DNA of 64,000 nucleotides from a virus (taxonomy: Duplodnaviria; Caudoviricetes): the IMG/VR virus record IMGVR_UViG_3300033463_006083, positions 52,724 to 116,723 of that record. One strand, 5' to 3'. The notes under the pieces were generated by a model. That model saw only the letters and a program-made list of their open reading frames with translations. It did not search any database and was not told the origin of the DNA. The position numbers and the translations under genes were made by a program. Shown one piece after another: positions 1 to 13,331 of the stretch (position 1 is the first letter of the stretch; the number at the start of each line of letters is the position of its first letter).

Positions 1-999
1 AAGAATTACAGGTCCTATTCAGCTATCATTTCCTCCAACTTTTCATTTTGATACATCTAATGACTGTAAATTATAACAACCTCAAAACATAGAAACATAA
101 TCTTGTACTTTATTCATATCTCAATTAGAAACATCTAAAGTTGTTAGATTTTGACAATAACCAAAAATATTATTTAAATTTTTTACATTACTTGTATTTC
201 AATTTGAAACATCTAAAGCTGTTAATGCTTGGCAACCATAAAATGCATAAGCTAAACTATTAAAATTAATAGTGTTTCATTTAGATACATCTAAAACTGT
301 AATTTTATTACAATTACTAAAAATACTAGATAAATATTGAAAATTACTAGTATCTCATTCAGATACATCTAATGCAGTTAAACTATTACAATTATTAAAT
401 AATTGATTTAAAGATTGTAATTTATTTGTATTTCAATTAGATACATCTAAAGCTGTTAAGTTTTTACACTCTTTAAAAGTTGCAAAAGCACTTGTCACAT
501 TATTTGTCTTTCAATTAGAAACATTTAAAGCTAATAAATTGGAGCATCCAGAAAATGTTTGTGCCATATCAATAACATTACTTGTATCTCAATTAGAAAC
601 ATCTAGTGTTGTTAAATTAGGACAAGTTGAAAAAGCTTGATTTAAACGTGTTATATTACTTGTATCTCAATTAGACACATCTAAGGTTGTTAAGTTTCTA
701 CAATTATGAAACATTCTAAAAACATCTGTTGCTTTATTTGTTATTCAATTTGATACATTTACACTTGTTAAATTAGAACAACTATATAGCATTTCACTAA
801 AATTTTGAATATTACTTAAATTTGGATTGACGAAATCTAATGATTCTAAAGGACACGTACCTGTACCTTGTCAAGGAAGAAATCTTGCAAGGTTAGATTC
901 ATTTAAAAAATTAACATTTAAAGTAATATTATGAATTGTTCGTACAGATGGATAAAATCCATAAGTACGTCCTGAAAAAGTAGCTCCTATATTAATCAT
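1..999 (-). CDS. DUF285/BspA-like leucine-rich repeat protein, copy 4 (runs off window edge; TGA=Trp)
   Basis: ATG at 999 after GAAGGAG RBS. Reads MINIGATFSG...; ~26-aa repeats LTTLDVSNW(D/N)TSN....F..C.N with W mostly encoded by TGA. Absent from ORF track. Confidence 0.85.
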
Positions 1000-1000
1000 A

Positions 1001-4000
1001 TTAATTTTCATCTCCTTCTTCAATAGTAATGTCTGTAAATTGTAATGTTGTATCTTTTATAAAATTAACTAAATCATTATAATTATTATAAGTTATTGTT
1101 GACGAACCTCCATTAGTATCAACATATGTTAAATTATAAATTGGAGGTGGATTATAAGTAACAACTAAATCAACATTTCCCACAGGCATTACTCCATTAC
1201 ACCAATAATTATTTCCTTGAATAGTTCAGTCAGTAATTGTTGGACTTTGAACATTATACTCTTGTTGATAATCATAAATACCAGAATATGCAGTTGCAAT
1301 TTCTGTTCCATTTTTATCACAATATTTAATATTTAATCTTCATTGTTCATTTTCAGTAGTTCAACCACTAGCTCTTAATTGATCTATTAAAGAAACTCCT
1401 ACTGTATTAGACATAATTTGTTTGCTAGATCCATAAAAAGGACTATATTGATTAGCATTCCTTAAATTTTTATAAGATACAGATACATTAGTAGCTGTTA
1501 AACACATATTACAAATATTTTTTAAAGAAGCTAGTGTTAAACTATTACAACCTCCAAACATTGCACTAAGATCTGTTGCATTAATAATATTCCAATTATT
1601 AACTAATGCAGATTGTAATTTTTGACAACCGTAGAAAGCATAACCTAAATTTATCATATTTTTAGTATCTCAACTTCCTACTGAGAAAGTTGTAACATTA
1701 TTACAACTGTAAAAAGCTCCATATATATTTTGCATTTTTCAAGTATTTCATGTACTTGTATTCATAGTTGTTAAATTTTGACAATTGTAAAAAAGATAAT
1801 TTAAATATACTACATTATTAGTTTTTCAATCATTAGGAACAATTTGAGTACTCTTTAATCTATAACATTGTAAAAAAGTTCCACTTAAATCTATAACATT
1901 TGAAGTATTTAAACCCTTGGTATTAATAGTAATTAAATTATAACAATGAGCAAAAGTTCAACATAAATTCGTTACATTACAAGTATTTCATGTATTAACA
2001 CTATTAAATATTGTAATATTAGTACAATAAGTAAATGTATCATACATACTTGTAACATTTGAAAGATTCCATCATTGAGTATCAATTCTTGTCGCAGCGC
2101 GGCAATTATAGAAAGCTTGATCTAAATTTTTCATATTTAAAGTATTTCATGTAGATCCATTAATTTCATTAAGTACTAAACAATTTTTAAATGTACAAAA
2201 CATAGTATTTATATTACTCATATTTCATAATAAAGTATTAATATTAACCAATTGTTTACAATTGAAAAAAGCTTGCGAAATATCAGTAACTTTATAAAGA
2301 TTTCAATTATTAGTGGTTAAATTTACAAATGCTTGACAATTATAAAAAATACGATTTAAATCTGTAGCATTTATAAGATTTCATTGTGAAACATCAATAG
2401 ATGGCATTTGATAACATTGTAAAAAAGCAGCTTGTAAATTTTGTACATTTTCTAAAGTTCATCTTCCAGTACTTAAGGCGGAAGTAAGACTTCATAAATG
2501 AGCAAAAGTTCAAGTTAAATTTGTTACTTTAGACATATCTCAAGTTCAAGTGTTTAATTTAGTCAATTTAGAACAATGATAAAATGTTTGTTCCATATTT
2601 TCCAATTCATCAAAATCTCATCCTGTTGTATTTAATGCAGATAAATTATTACAATTATAAAAACATTCTCCAATATGTTTAACTTTAGGAAATTTTCAAT
2701 GAGAAGTATTTAATGTTAATAAATTTTGACAATTATAAAAACCGGCATAAAAATTAGTACAAAATTCAGGATCCCAACTTGACGTATTTAAACTTGTAAT
2801 TTGATAAGCTTGGCAAAAAAGTCCTGCTAAATCAGAAACTCCTTTAATGTTTCATTGTGATGTATCAATTGATGTTGCTCCTCATAAATGAGCAAAAGCT
2901 CATTCTAAACAGTAGGCATTGCTAAAGTTTCAATTATACACATTTAAACTTGATAAACTGTTACATTTATAAAAAATACCATAAAAATTTTGTCCATGAT
3001 AAACATTTCAATTAGCAACATTTAAACTTGATAATAATTGACAACCTCAAAATACATCAGCAAAATTTGTAACATTTGAAGTGTCTCAAGTTGATAAATT
3101 TAATGTTGTAAGATTATAACAATTATTAAACATAGAAGCCATATTTGTCAAATAAGAACTTGATTTTCATTTTGCAATATTTAAAGAAGTTAAATTTCGA
3201 CATTCATCAAAAGCAAAATCTATATTTTTTACATTTGCTATATTTCATTGAGATAAATTTAAAGTTTTTAAATTATATGAGCCTCTAAAGGTAGAATTTA
3301 ATTGTTCTACATTTGCAGTATTTCAATTAAATAGATTTAATCCTGTTAAATTATAACAATAAGCAAATGTATTTGTCATATTTTTAACCTTAGAAACATC
3401 TCAATTAATAAGATTTAAACTTGGACATGATATAATTCCATAAAATGTACCCCTTAAACTTTTTACATTACTTGTATCTCAATTAGATACATCTAAATTA
3501 GGCAATGCATAACAACCATCAAATAAATATGCAAAACTTTCAACATTAGAAACATTTCAATTAGATACATTTAATTCAGCTAATTTAAAACAATTAAAGA
3601 AACAAGAATATAAATTTGTTACATTTGATGTATTTCAATTAGAAGTATCTCCTATAGTTGTAAGATTAGTACAATTATCAAAACTACTTATTAAAGAAGT
3701 AACATTATTAATTTTTCAATTTGAAAGATTTAAACTTGTTAATTTACGACAATTTTCAAAAGCATTTGCCATAGAAAGCACGTTTATAGTATTTCAATCA
3801 GAAATATCTAAATATTGTAAATTTTGACAATTAGCAAATAGCATTTTTAAACTTGCAACATTATTTGTTTTTCAATTACCTATATTATTAACATATTGTA
3901 AATTATGACATTCATTAAAAAGCATTTGTAAGTTTTGAGAATTATCAAAATTTCAATTATCTATATTAAAAACAGTTGGCATATGACAACCATCAAACAC

Positions 4001-5101
4001 TGAACCAAAATTAGTAACATTGTTAGTATGCCAATTATCCACTTTAAAATCTATTAAATTATAACAACCATCAAAAATACTACTTAAATTAGATACTTTA
4101 TCAATATTTCAGTTAGATACATCTAAATGCACTAAATTACGACAATTTCAAAACATATGAGAAAGACTTTCTACATTTGTAGTATCTCAATTAATAAGAT
4201 TTATATTTCTTAAATTATAGCATGCGCTAAAAGTCTTGTTCATATTTGTAACATTACTTGTATTTCAAGTAGAAACATCTACATCGGTTAATTTACTACA
4301 TTGTTCAAAAGTTCCTGTTAAATCTTTAACATTATTTATATCTCAACTAGCAAGATTAAATTCTATTATATTAGAACAAGCTCCAAATGTTTCTGCCATA
4401 TCTGTAACATTAGAAACATTCCAATTTGATACATCTAAATTCTTTATATTTCAACATTCTGCAAATAAACCATGTAAACTTTTTACATTATTAACAATTC
4501 AATTTGAAACATCTAATGTTTTTACTTTTCGACATCCATAAAAAGTATTTGCTAAATTTTGTAAATTATTTAATTGTCAATTTGAAAGATTTAATTCTCT
4601 TAAATTATAACATCCTTTAAAGGTATTTGATAAATTATTAATTTTACTAACATTTCAATTAGATACATTTAAATGCTGTAAATTTTGACAATTATAAAAA
4701 GCATCTTCTAGATTTGTTAAATTACTAGTATTTCAATTTGAAACATCTAAAAATCTTAATAAAGAATCATTTCAAAAAAGATTACTAATACTTGTAATAT
4801 TACTCATATTCATTTGAGAAAATCCGCCAAGAGTTTTTAGAGATGTAAAATTTGCAAAAGAATAGTTTATATTAACAATATTATTTAAAGAATTTTGACT
4901 ATCCCCCAATAACATAAGCTCGGTATTTATAGGAGCCCCTTCTTGTTGATTAATATCATCTGTAAAAATATCTAAACGATTATTTAAAGATTTAGATCAA
5001 TCTAAATCTAATATTAGATTTTTACAATTTGGAATAGTAGAATTCATACTATTAAGTGATGATAAAAATAAATTTTTATAATTAAAAGGTGTTGCACTCA
5101 T
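1001..5101 (-). CDS. Large DUF285/BspA-like LRR protein (~1366 aa) with C-cap and extra C-terminal domains (TGA=Trp)
   Basis: ATG 5101 with AAAGGAGG RBS; TAA at 1001. Track ORFs 1001..1189 and 1361..1657 share the frame, as do spot-checked TGA codons at 4733, 3167, 2459 and 1748. Roughly 40 repeats of ~78 nt. Confidence 0.85.
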
Positions 5102-5192
5102 TACAATTACCTCCTTTTTCATTTTTTATCTATAAATATATGATTTTTCTATTAAAATAATAAATTACTTTAGACCAAAATAAAAAAGAGAG

Positions 5193-6338
5193 CTATTTAC
5201 TCTCTTCTTCATCAATAGTATAAACATACCCTTCTTTACCAAGAACTCCAGATTTTTCATCAAGCTCTTTAACCCAATCAGGAAGTCTATCTCTTATTTC
5301 ATCAAATTCTTCTTTTCCTCTGTAATCTTCAGTTTTTATTTTTTCTAAAAATTGAAAGAAAGTAATTTGAGGAATAATACCAATCATATCTTGAGAATGT
5401 CCTGCATATTGCATTGTATACATACTTTTTAAAATATTCTCATCAATTTGATCTTCAATTTGTTTATAACAAGAGTGATAAAATCTTTTAGCATTAAATA
5501 AATTTTCTTCTGCAAACATAGGTTTTTGCTCTAAACATTGAACATATGTAAAATATTGACCTATCATCATTTCAACAGTAAACTTCATAATACTACCATT
5601 AAAAGGGTTTTTCTTTTTACAAAATTTAATTGCATTAATAGACGCGGCAGTTGCTCCTACTTGACATAAATCTCAATTATAAAGTGGAGTACCATTATTC
5701 TCTTCAATACCAATTCGAGTGATAGAATGTTCAGAGCCTTTTCGCCATAAATAAACTATTTTTTCAACAAAATTAATTTTTACTGGGAAACCTTCAATAG
5801 AAAGACGGACTTTCCAATTTAATTCCCCATCCTCCATAGCTCTTAATTTTGAAAATCTAATATCATTTGATTTTAAAAATTGTAAATTATATAATCTTCC
5901 AAATACTCAAGGATGTCCTTCATCCATTCTTGGCATCATACGAACTTTCATAGGATTTGGATCAACTTCTTGACAAAATATCCCTCTTACTTCAATACAA
6001 TCAGGTGTAATTCCATCTCTTAAGTTTTCAAGAGACATTGGATCATAAAATACATCATCTGCATCTATCCAAGTTATTCATTCAGTTTTTGCGGCGTCCG
6101 CACATCTTTGACGTGCTAATCCAGGTCCTGTATTTACTTCGCAATCTAAAATTGTAATATCTAAATCAGGAAATCTTTCTTTAACAAAATCATAGCTATC
6201 ACCTGGATTATCATTTGCAATTATTATCGCAACATCATTTTTAATAGATTGAATTTGAATAGAAGAAAGACAATCACAAATATGAGGTTGTGCTTTAAAA
6301 GCTGGTATTCCTACCGTTATTAATTTTTTATTTGACAT
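5193..6338 (-). CDS. Family 2 glycosyltransferase (GT-A fold), ~381 aa (TGA=Trp)
   Basis: Track ORFs 6078..6338 and 5193..5588 are in one frame. N-terminal ITVGIPAFK, N.GPGLARQ, then EWITWIDADD (DxD motif) once TGA is read as Trp. Confidence 0.85.
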
Positions 6339-6361
6339 ATCTTTTTTCTCCTTCTAAAATT

Positions 6362-6390
6362 ATTATACAATATTTTTTAAAAAAAGTCAA
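6362..6390 (-). promoter_or_regulatory. Sigma70/SigA-type promoter for the glycosyltransferase
   Basis: TTGACT-17 nt-TATAAT on the minus strand, ~24 nt upstream of the ATG at 6338. Confidence 0.75.
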
Positions 6391-6393
6391 AAT

Positions 6394-6419
6394 AAAAAAG
6401 AGTAGTTTTTACTACTCTT
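6394..6419 (-). terminator. Intrinsic terminator after LRR gene 6418..9492
   Basis: AAGAGTAG/CTACTCTT stem followed by a T-run on the minus strand. Confidence 0.65.
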
Positions 6420-9400
6420 AATTTGTTTTTCATCCTGCTGCAGTTAATTGTGTTATTAAATCTTGTCCTACTGTTGTAACATTAATTTGTTTATTTGTTG
6501 TATAAAGTGGACTTCTAATGTTCGTATTCATTAAATTTTTATAAGTAGTAGTCATATTTGTTAAATTTAAAGCAAATTTTGCAATACTCACCAAACTATC
6601 AGTAGTTAAATTATTACATAAGCCGAAAGCGTTATTTCAAGTTATTAAAGATGGTAAAGATGCATTTGAAATATCTAAATTTACTAAATTAATACATCCT
6701 CTAAAAGTGTTATATCAATTTGCCATGTTTGGTAAATTTCAATTACATATATTAACATCTGTTAAATTTTCACAACCTGTAAAACAAAAAGGCATTGAAG
6801 TTGCATTTAAAAATGTTAAATCAGGAATATTAATATCTTTTAAATTGAAACAAAGACCATAGCTGTCATATAAAGAAGTAACAGTATCTAAATTTCAATT
6901 TAATAAAAAATTAAGATTTGTAATATTAGAATTAAAAAAAGTATATGCTAATCATCACACATTATTAGTTTTTCAACTGTCTAAAAAATAAAAATTAAGA
7001 TTTCAACAATTTCTAAAACTATTAGAAAGATCCATAACAGAAATAGTATTTAATGTTTCTGCTCCATATAAATTTTTTAAATTAAAACAATTAGAACAAA
7101 AATCAGTTAAGTTAGTATAGGTAGATGAAAAATTCATATTATCAATATTAACATTAACTAATGATTGTGCATTATTTAATAAAGGTAAAGCATTTATACT
7201 ACTATAATTATTTCAAGATCAATTTGACATATCTAAATCCGTAAGATTAGTTAATCCATCAAAAAACCTATTTCCATCTCAACTAAAACTATTTGAAACA
7301 TTTCAATTTGCAATATTTAATCTTTGTAAGTTAGTGCAGTAACTGAATATATTTCCATTATTAGCGAAATCAGTAATATTACAAAAATTTAAATCTTGTA
7401 AATTTACCTCTACTAAATTCGTACAATTCCTAAACATAGCACTAATATTAATTGCTTTTTGAAAATTTCAATAATTTTTTAAATTATCAATTGAAATTAA
7501 ACTATTACATCCAGAAAAAGTAAATACAAAAGAAAGAACATTACCAGTATCTCAATTAGCAAGAGGATCAAGATTTTTAAAATATATAGTATCTGTAAAA
7601 GTTTGTAATAAAGTATGTACATTAGAAGTATCTCAATTAAGAATATCATCAAAATTAAAATTTTTACAATTTTGAAACATACCTCCTAAAGTAATTGGTA
7701 TTCAATTTTTAATACCTTTTACAGTGTTTAAATTATTACAACCATGAAATAAAAAATTACACTTATTAGCAACCTGTTGAAAGTTTAATGTTTCAAGATT
7801 CAATTCAGTTATATTTTGACAACCATCAAACATTCACTCTATACTAACTGCATTACTTCAATTTCAATTAGATAAATCCAAGACAGAAAGATTATTATCA
7901 TAATAAAACATATATGAAAAATCTTGTACCTTATTAACTTTTCAGTTAGATACATCAATTGTTTTTAAACTGTTACATCAATAAAGAAACCTATGTAAAT
8001 TAATTGCATTATTAAAATTTCAAGTAGATAAATTTAAGGTAGTTAAATTTGTACAAGTACTAAACATCTGTGCGAAATTTTCTCCCGAAGAAACATCTCA
8101 ATCATTAACATTTAAACTATGAATATAATTATCTCCATAAAAAGTAGATGAAAAATTATTAACTTTTGACACGTCTCAATTATTAATATAAATATAATCT
8201 GCTCATATTCTTGAAAGACTTGAAGATAATTTTGTTAAATTACAAGTATTCCAATCATCAATATTTAAAGTAATTAAACGTTGTAAATTATTAAAAACCC
8301 CTTGAGGAATATATGTTAAATTGCACACATTTCAATTTGGAATCTGTAAATTAGTTACATATTGACATTCTTTAAAAACATTATTCATAGAAGTCATTGG
8401 ACTGAAATCTCAATTAGGCATACTAATTTTACTAATAATAGCATTATACCATAAATTATCTATATTTTTTATATTAACAGCAGTTCAATTTTCTATGTTA
8501 AATCTCAAAATATTATCCATATTTAAATTACTAAAAAAATTATAAAGACTAACACCATCTAATACTCAATTATTTGCATACAATCTTTTCATATTATTAT
8601 GTATTAATCTTCCTATAGAAGAATTTGTAATATGCCAATTTTCTGCGTAAATTATATTAGGATATGATCCACTCATAGAAGTATTTATAATGGTTCAATT
8701 ATTCATGTCAAATCGTACATTATTACCAGATCCAACTAAACTTGTAACATATGCATTGTTAAATACTCAATTTGATAAATTAATATTTGAATTTGTTAAT
8801 CAACAAAAAACACTAGCAGCATAATTAAGATTGTTTGTATTTCATTTTGAAAGATCTAAATTTCAATTATTTCATGGACAAAAAGGGGTGTATAAATTTT
8901 TAAGATTACTAACATCTCAATTAGAAATATCTGGTGGCTGTAAATTATGACAATAATTAAAAGTATAATACATATTTGTTAAATTGCAAGTATTTCAATT
9001 TGAAACATCTAACATTGTTAAATTATTACATCTAGTAAAAGTACCTTGTAAATGTGAAATATTACTAGTATCTCAGTTGGATACATCTAAAGTTGTTAAA
9101 TTATTACAATAAGAAAAAGTATATCATAAATTTTCTAAATTGCTAGTATTTCAATTTGAAACATTTAATGTTGTTAAATTTACACAACCCGAAAAAGTGC
9201 TCTTCAAATTTTTAATATTACTAATATCTCAATTAGCAACATCTATTTCATTTAAAAAATAACAAGTGTTAAAAGTTTGATCAAGATGTTCTATTTTAGA
9301 AAAATTATTCAAAATAATTTTTTTAGTATTAGCTCCATATGGACCAATATAAGAATTTTCTTCTTTCGGAATTAAGAAAAAATCATTCATAGATAAATCT

Positions 9401-9492
9401 TGAGCTTTTTCTCAGTTTAAATCTAAAAATCAATTATTACAATTATCTAAATAATTTTCTATTAAAATATTTTTATAATTATATTTTTTCAT
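6418..9492 (-). CDS. DUF285/BspA-like LRR protein (~1024 aa; TGA=Trp)
   Basis: ATG 9492 after GGAGGTG; TAA at 6418; length divisible by 3. Starts MKKYNYKNIL..NCNNWFLDLNWEK, has NW-containing repeats, ends ..QDLITQLTAAGWKTN. Absent from ORF track. Confidence 0.8.
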
Positions 9493-9511
9493 TGTATTAT
9501 TTTACACCTCC

Positions 9512-11749
9512 TTATTCTGTAAAACTAATTTTAAATTGAAATTTATTTGTTGTAGAAGTTGAATTATTATAAATTCTATATTTAATTTCAATAAAATGTT
9601 CTTCATCATCTAAATCTGTATAAACGACTTTTTGTACTGCGGTAGATGAAGCTGTTCCAGAAAAACTTTTTTTAACATTTGTACTTTGTTCAGAACTATA
9701 ATAATTTCGTACTAAAGTCTTATCAACATTAGATAAAATTCCAAAATTATTAGTAGAAGAAGTGGTTTGATTAATACAACTAACAACTAATTTTCCTGTA
9801 TTTGTTTTAAATTTTACTTTACAAAGAGCATAACTATAAGATTTTCCAGTATTACCACTTGTATAATATCCAGTATTTGAATTTAACGTAAAATCATAAG
9901 GCGCATAATACAAACCAGTTTTATCAATAGGCTCAACAACATACTCTCCATCTATATAAGGAACAGATGTAATTTCAACATTTTGAGAAACTGTATTTTG
10001 TTCATCATCTTCTAAAGTAATATTTATTACTTCATTTCCCTCTCCAATACCTGAAAATTCAATAGAAATACAAGCATTGGTTTTATCTAAAGTAGAATTA
10101 ACTGTATAAATAGAAGTTTCTTCAGGAGACACACTTATAGAAAAATTATTAGGATGATCATCAACTTCAAAACCTCCATATAAAATATTTAATGTTTTAG
10201 TTCTTGTATTCATAATAGTATAATTATTAATAATTTCTCATGTTAAATTTTGACATACTCTAATATTTGTTAAATCATTACGACTATTTAAAAACATCTT
10301 TTTCGTAAGAACATTAGAAACATATATATTACAATTATTCATAAGCCCTTCAAAAGCATACTTACATTTTAATCAATTGGTAGAATATATCGTATCAAAC
10401 TGACAATTATTTAAATAAAGATTTTGTAAATTATTACAAAAACTAAAAGCATATCATAAATCAGCAACATTTTGAACATTTCAATTAGATAAATTTAATT
10501 CAGTCAAATTATCACAATAACGAAAAGCTCCATATAAATCAATTAAATTATTTGTTTGTCAATTAGAAACATTTAACTCAGTTAAATGATTACAACCAGC
10601 AAAAGTCCAACTTAAATTTGTTAAATTACAAGTATTTCAATTTGAAACGTCTAAATTTGATAAATTATTACATCAATAAAACATATATGCAATATTATTT
10701 AATCTAGATGTATTTCAATTTGAAACATCTAAAGTTGATAAATTATAACAGGAAAGAAAAGTATCTACCGCAGATTGTAATTTACTAGTATTTCAATTTG
10801 AAACATCCAAATCTCTTAAATTCTCACAATAGTAAAAAGCATAATTTAAATCAATTAAATTATTTGTTTGTCAATTAGAAACATTTAAAGTTGTTAAATT
10901 ATTACAATAATAAAAAGTTCCATCTATTAATCTTAAATTACAAGTATTTCAATTAGAAACATCTAAATTTGTTAAACCACTACAAGAAGCAAAAGTATTA
11001 TATAAAACTTTACAATTAGAAATATTCCAATTAGATACATTTAAATTTGTAAAGCTTTGACAACCTTCAAATGTTCGATTTATACTTTTTAAATTACTAG
11101 TATCTCAATTTGAAACGTCTAAATCTGCTAATACTCAACATCATAAAAAAGTATTATTCATATACTTTATGTTACTAATATTCCAATTAGAAACATCTAA
11201 ATTTGTTAAATTAGAACAACTATGAAAAACACTATTAAACATTTGTGTGCTTTGTAAATTTCAATTTGATATATTTAAATCTGTTATATTATAGCAATAC
11301 ATAAAAACATTATCTCAATTTTTAATTTTACTTACATTTCAATTTGAAATATCTACATTTCTAAAATTATTACAACCATAAAAAATTCCATTAAGATTAT
11401 GTATATTTTGTAAATTTCAATTGCAAAGATTTATATTATTTACCATATAGCAATTAGCAAACATATAATCTAAATTTGTAACATTTTTCATATCTCAATC
11501 TTGAAATTCAATATTATCTAACTGATAACAATAATAAAAAGCACGAGATAAAGAAGTATTTTTAGGAAAACCACTCTGAACATTAATATTTAAATTTGTA
11601 AGACCTGACATACCATTAAACATGAACTCTAATCCAGTAGAATGTTTTCAATTTAAATTTAAAATAATATTAGGACAATTTCAATCAAATAATGCATGCT
11701 GATATGTATACCTAGCATCCATTAATAAATTATTATATTCATATAGCAT
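9512..11749 (-). CDS. DUF285/BspA-like LRR protein with a beta-rich C-terminal domain (~745 aa; TGA=Trp)
   Basis: ATG 11749 after GGAGG. In frame with track ORF 9512..10213 through TGA at 10238. About 15 regular LDVSNW repeats. Confidence 0.82.
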
Positions 11750-11756
11750 ATTTTTC

Positions 11757-12617
11757 CTAACCTCCTTCTTCCTCATCTTCTACAATTTCATCTTCTATTA
11801 TTAAATCAGCTAAAGCGTTTGCATAAGGTTGTAATAAATTTTGAACTTCACTAACAGAATTACAATAGGTTACAGTATATTCATCTTCTGCATTTGCACG
11901 ATAACTAACTTTAAATCTGACCGTTGCCTCAGGAGGTTCTTGATTAAACACTAAAACTCCATCAAAATAACTATTATAAGTATTGTTTGTATTCATAACT
12001 AAATTTTCAACTAATTGTTGATTAAAGATAATTTTTGGATAAATTTTTCCTACAATATATTCATTATAAACTATTGGACCTTGTGACATAGTAATAGAAA
12101 TATCTGTAGCTGTTAACATAGTTGGAGAATTAGTTTGATCAGTAAGTTTTTCAAAATCATCATATATTTCTGTTATAAAAGTTTGTCCATTATCTTCACT
12201 ATATGTTAATTCAAAAATATCTTGACTTTCTAAAATTTTTAATTTTAATAAAGCCACTCCATTTAAATCTGTATCACTTACTCTTGGTGTTAATACTGCA
12301 ACAGTAGGTTCTGATGGAGTAATAAATATATCTGTGGCGGTTATTATATCATTAGAATTCATTTTAGTTACTAATAAATCAAAATCATTATACATTTCTG
12401 TTGTAAAAGTCTGTCCACCATCATTACTATATTTTAAAACAAAAACATCTTCATTATTATTATTATTATTATTATTAGTTTCTGTTTTAGCTTCTAATCA
12501 CTGAGTTCCATCATATATATAATATTTATCTAAAGTTATATTATAATAACAATCTTCTCTTACAGGATTTTCAGGTGCCATATATAAATTAGGCACTATA
12601 GGTACATCATCATACAT
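11757..12617 (-). CDS. Acidic hypothetical protein with internally repeated LxYSxDxGQTF.TE.Y.DF module (~286 aa)
   Basis: ATG 12617 after AAAGGAGG. One TGA (..YDGTQW..) joins it to track ORF 11757..12395. Short poly-Asn tract. Confidence 0.75.
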
Positions 12618-12706
12618 ATTAATACCTCCTTTATTAAAATATGAAAAAATGCTCCTCTCTATTATTTATTTTAGCCCAAAATAAAAAAGAAAGCAAGTTG
12701 TTACAC

Positions 12707-13144
12707 TTACTTTCTAGGTATCTTCATAAAATAACAATAAACTTTTTCATCTATTGCATCTTCATCTTTTATAAAATCTTTACTAAACTTAGCATACCAT
12801 TCTACATTTTCTTCAAATAAATCATGATAATCATTATATGCTGAATTCATTACAATTCAAAAATCAACAGGTCTAATTTCAGAATATCCATAAGAATTCC
12901 TAACACCTTCAGTGTCAGCTAATTCTCATTTTTTACCATATGGTTCCATACATTCAATAATTTCTCTTGCTTTATCCTCTGTTAAAACGCGGCCTTCCGC
13001 AATCTCATATAATTTTTCTTCAACTTTTTCTAATTCTCTATCTCCAACCATATCAATAATATATTCCATATAATCAGACATTTCATCTATCTTTTTTGAA
13101 TCACCAGAACTAATGATTTTATTTATATATTTTTTGTAGTCCAT
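12707..13144 (-). CDS. Uncharacterised protein, last gene of the six-gene operon (~145 aa; TGA=Trp)
   Basis: Track ORF 12926..13150 continues through TGA: ..PYGKKWELADTEGVRNSYGYSEIRPVDFWIVMNSAYNDY..KVYCYFMKIPRK then TAA at 12707. Confidence 0.75.
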
Positions 13145-13331
13145 CTTCAATTTTTTCCACCTTTCTTAATACTTCATTTAACAATCTATTTTGATATTCT
13201 AATTTATGTTCCATATCAAAAATAATTGTATCTAGCTTTCTACTTTGAGATTCATTTTCTTCATACGAATGAAGTGATATATATGACAATAATACAGTTA
13301 ATAAATCTAATGCATCAAGATTTTCTTTCAT
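13119..13331 (-). CDS. Small hypothetical protein (hydrophobic N-terminal helix plus coiled coil)
   Basis: Track ORF; TAATG coupling to the upstream gene. Confidence 0.65.
   Translation of the reverse strand: MKENLDALDLLTVLLSYISLHSYEENESQSRKLDTIIFDMEHKLEYQNRLLNEVLRKVEKIEDGLQKIYK

Noticed and set aside
1-11600. CRISPR-like array (recurring ~23-nt motif with ~78-nt period)
   Set aside because: Repeats are degenerate at synonymous positions and form continuous LRR reading frames; no cas genes are present.
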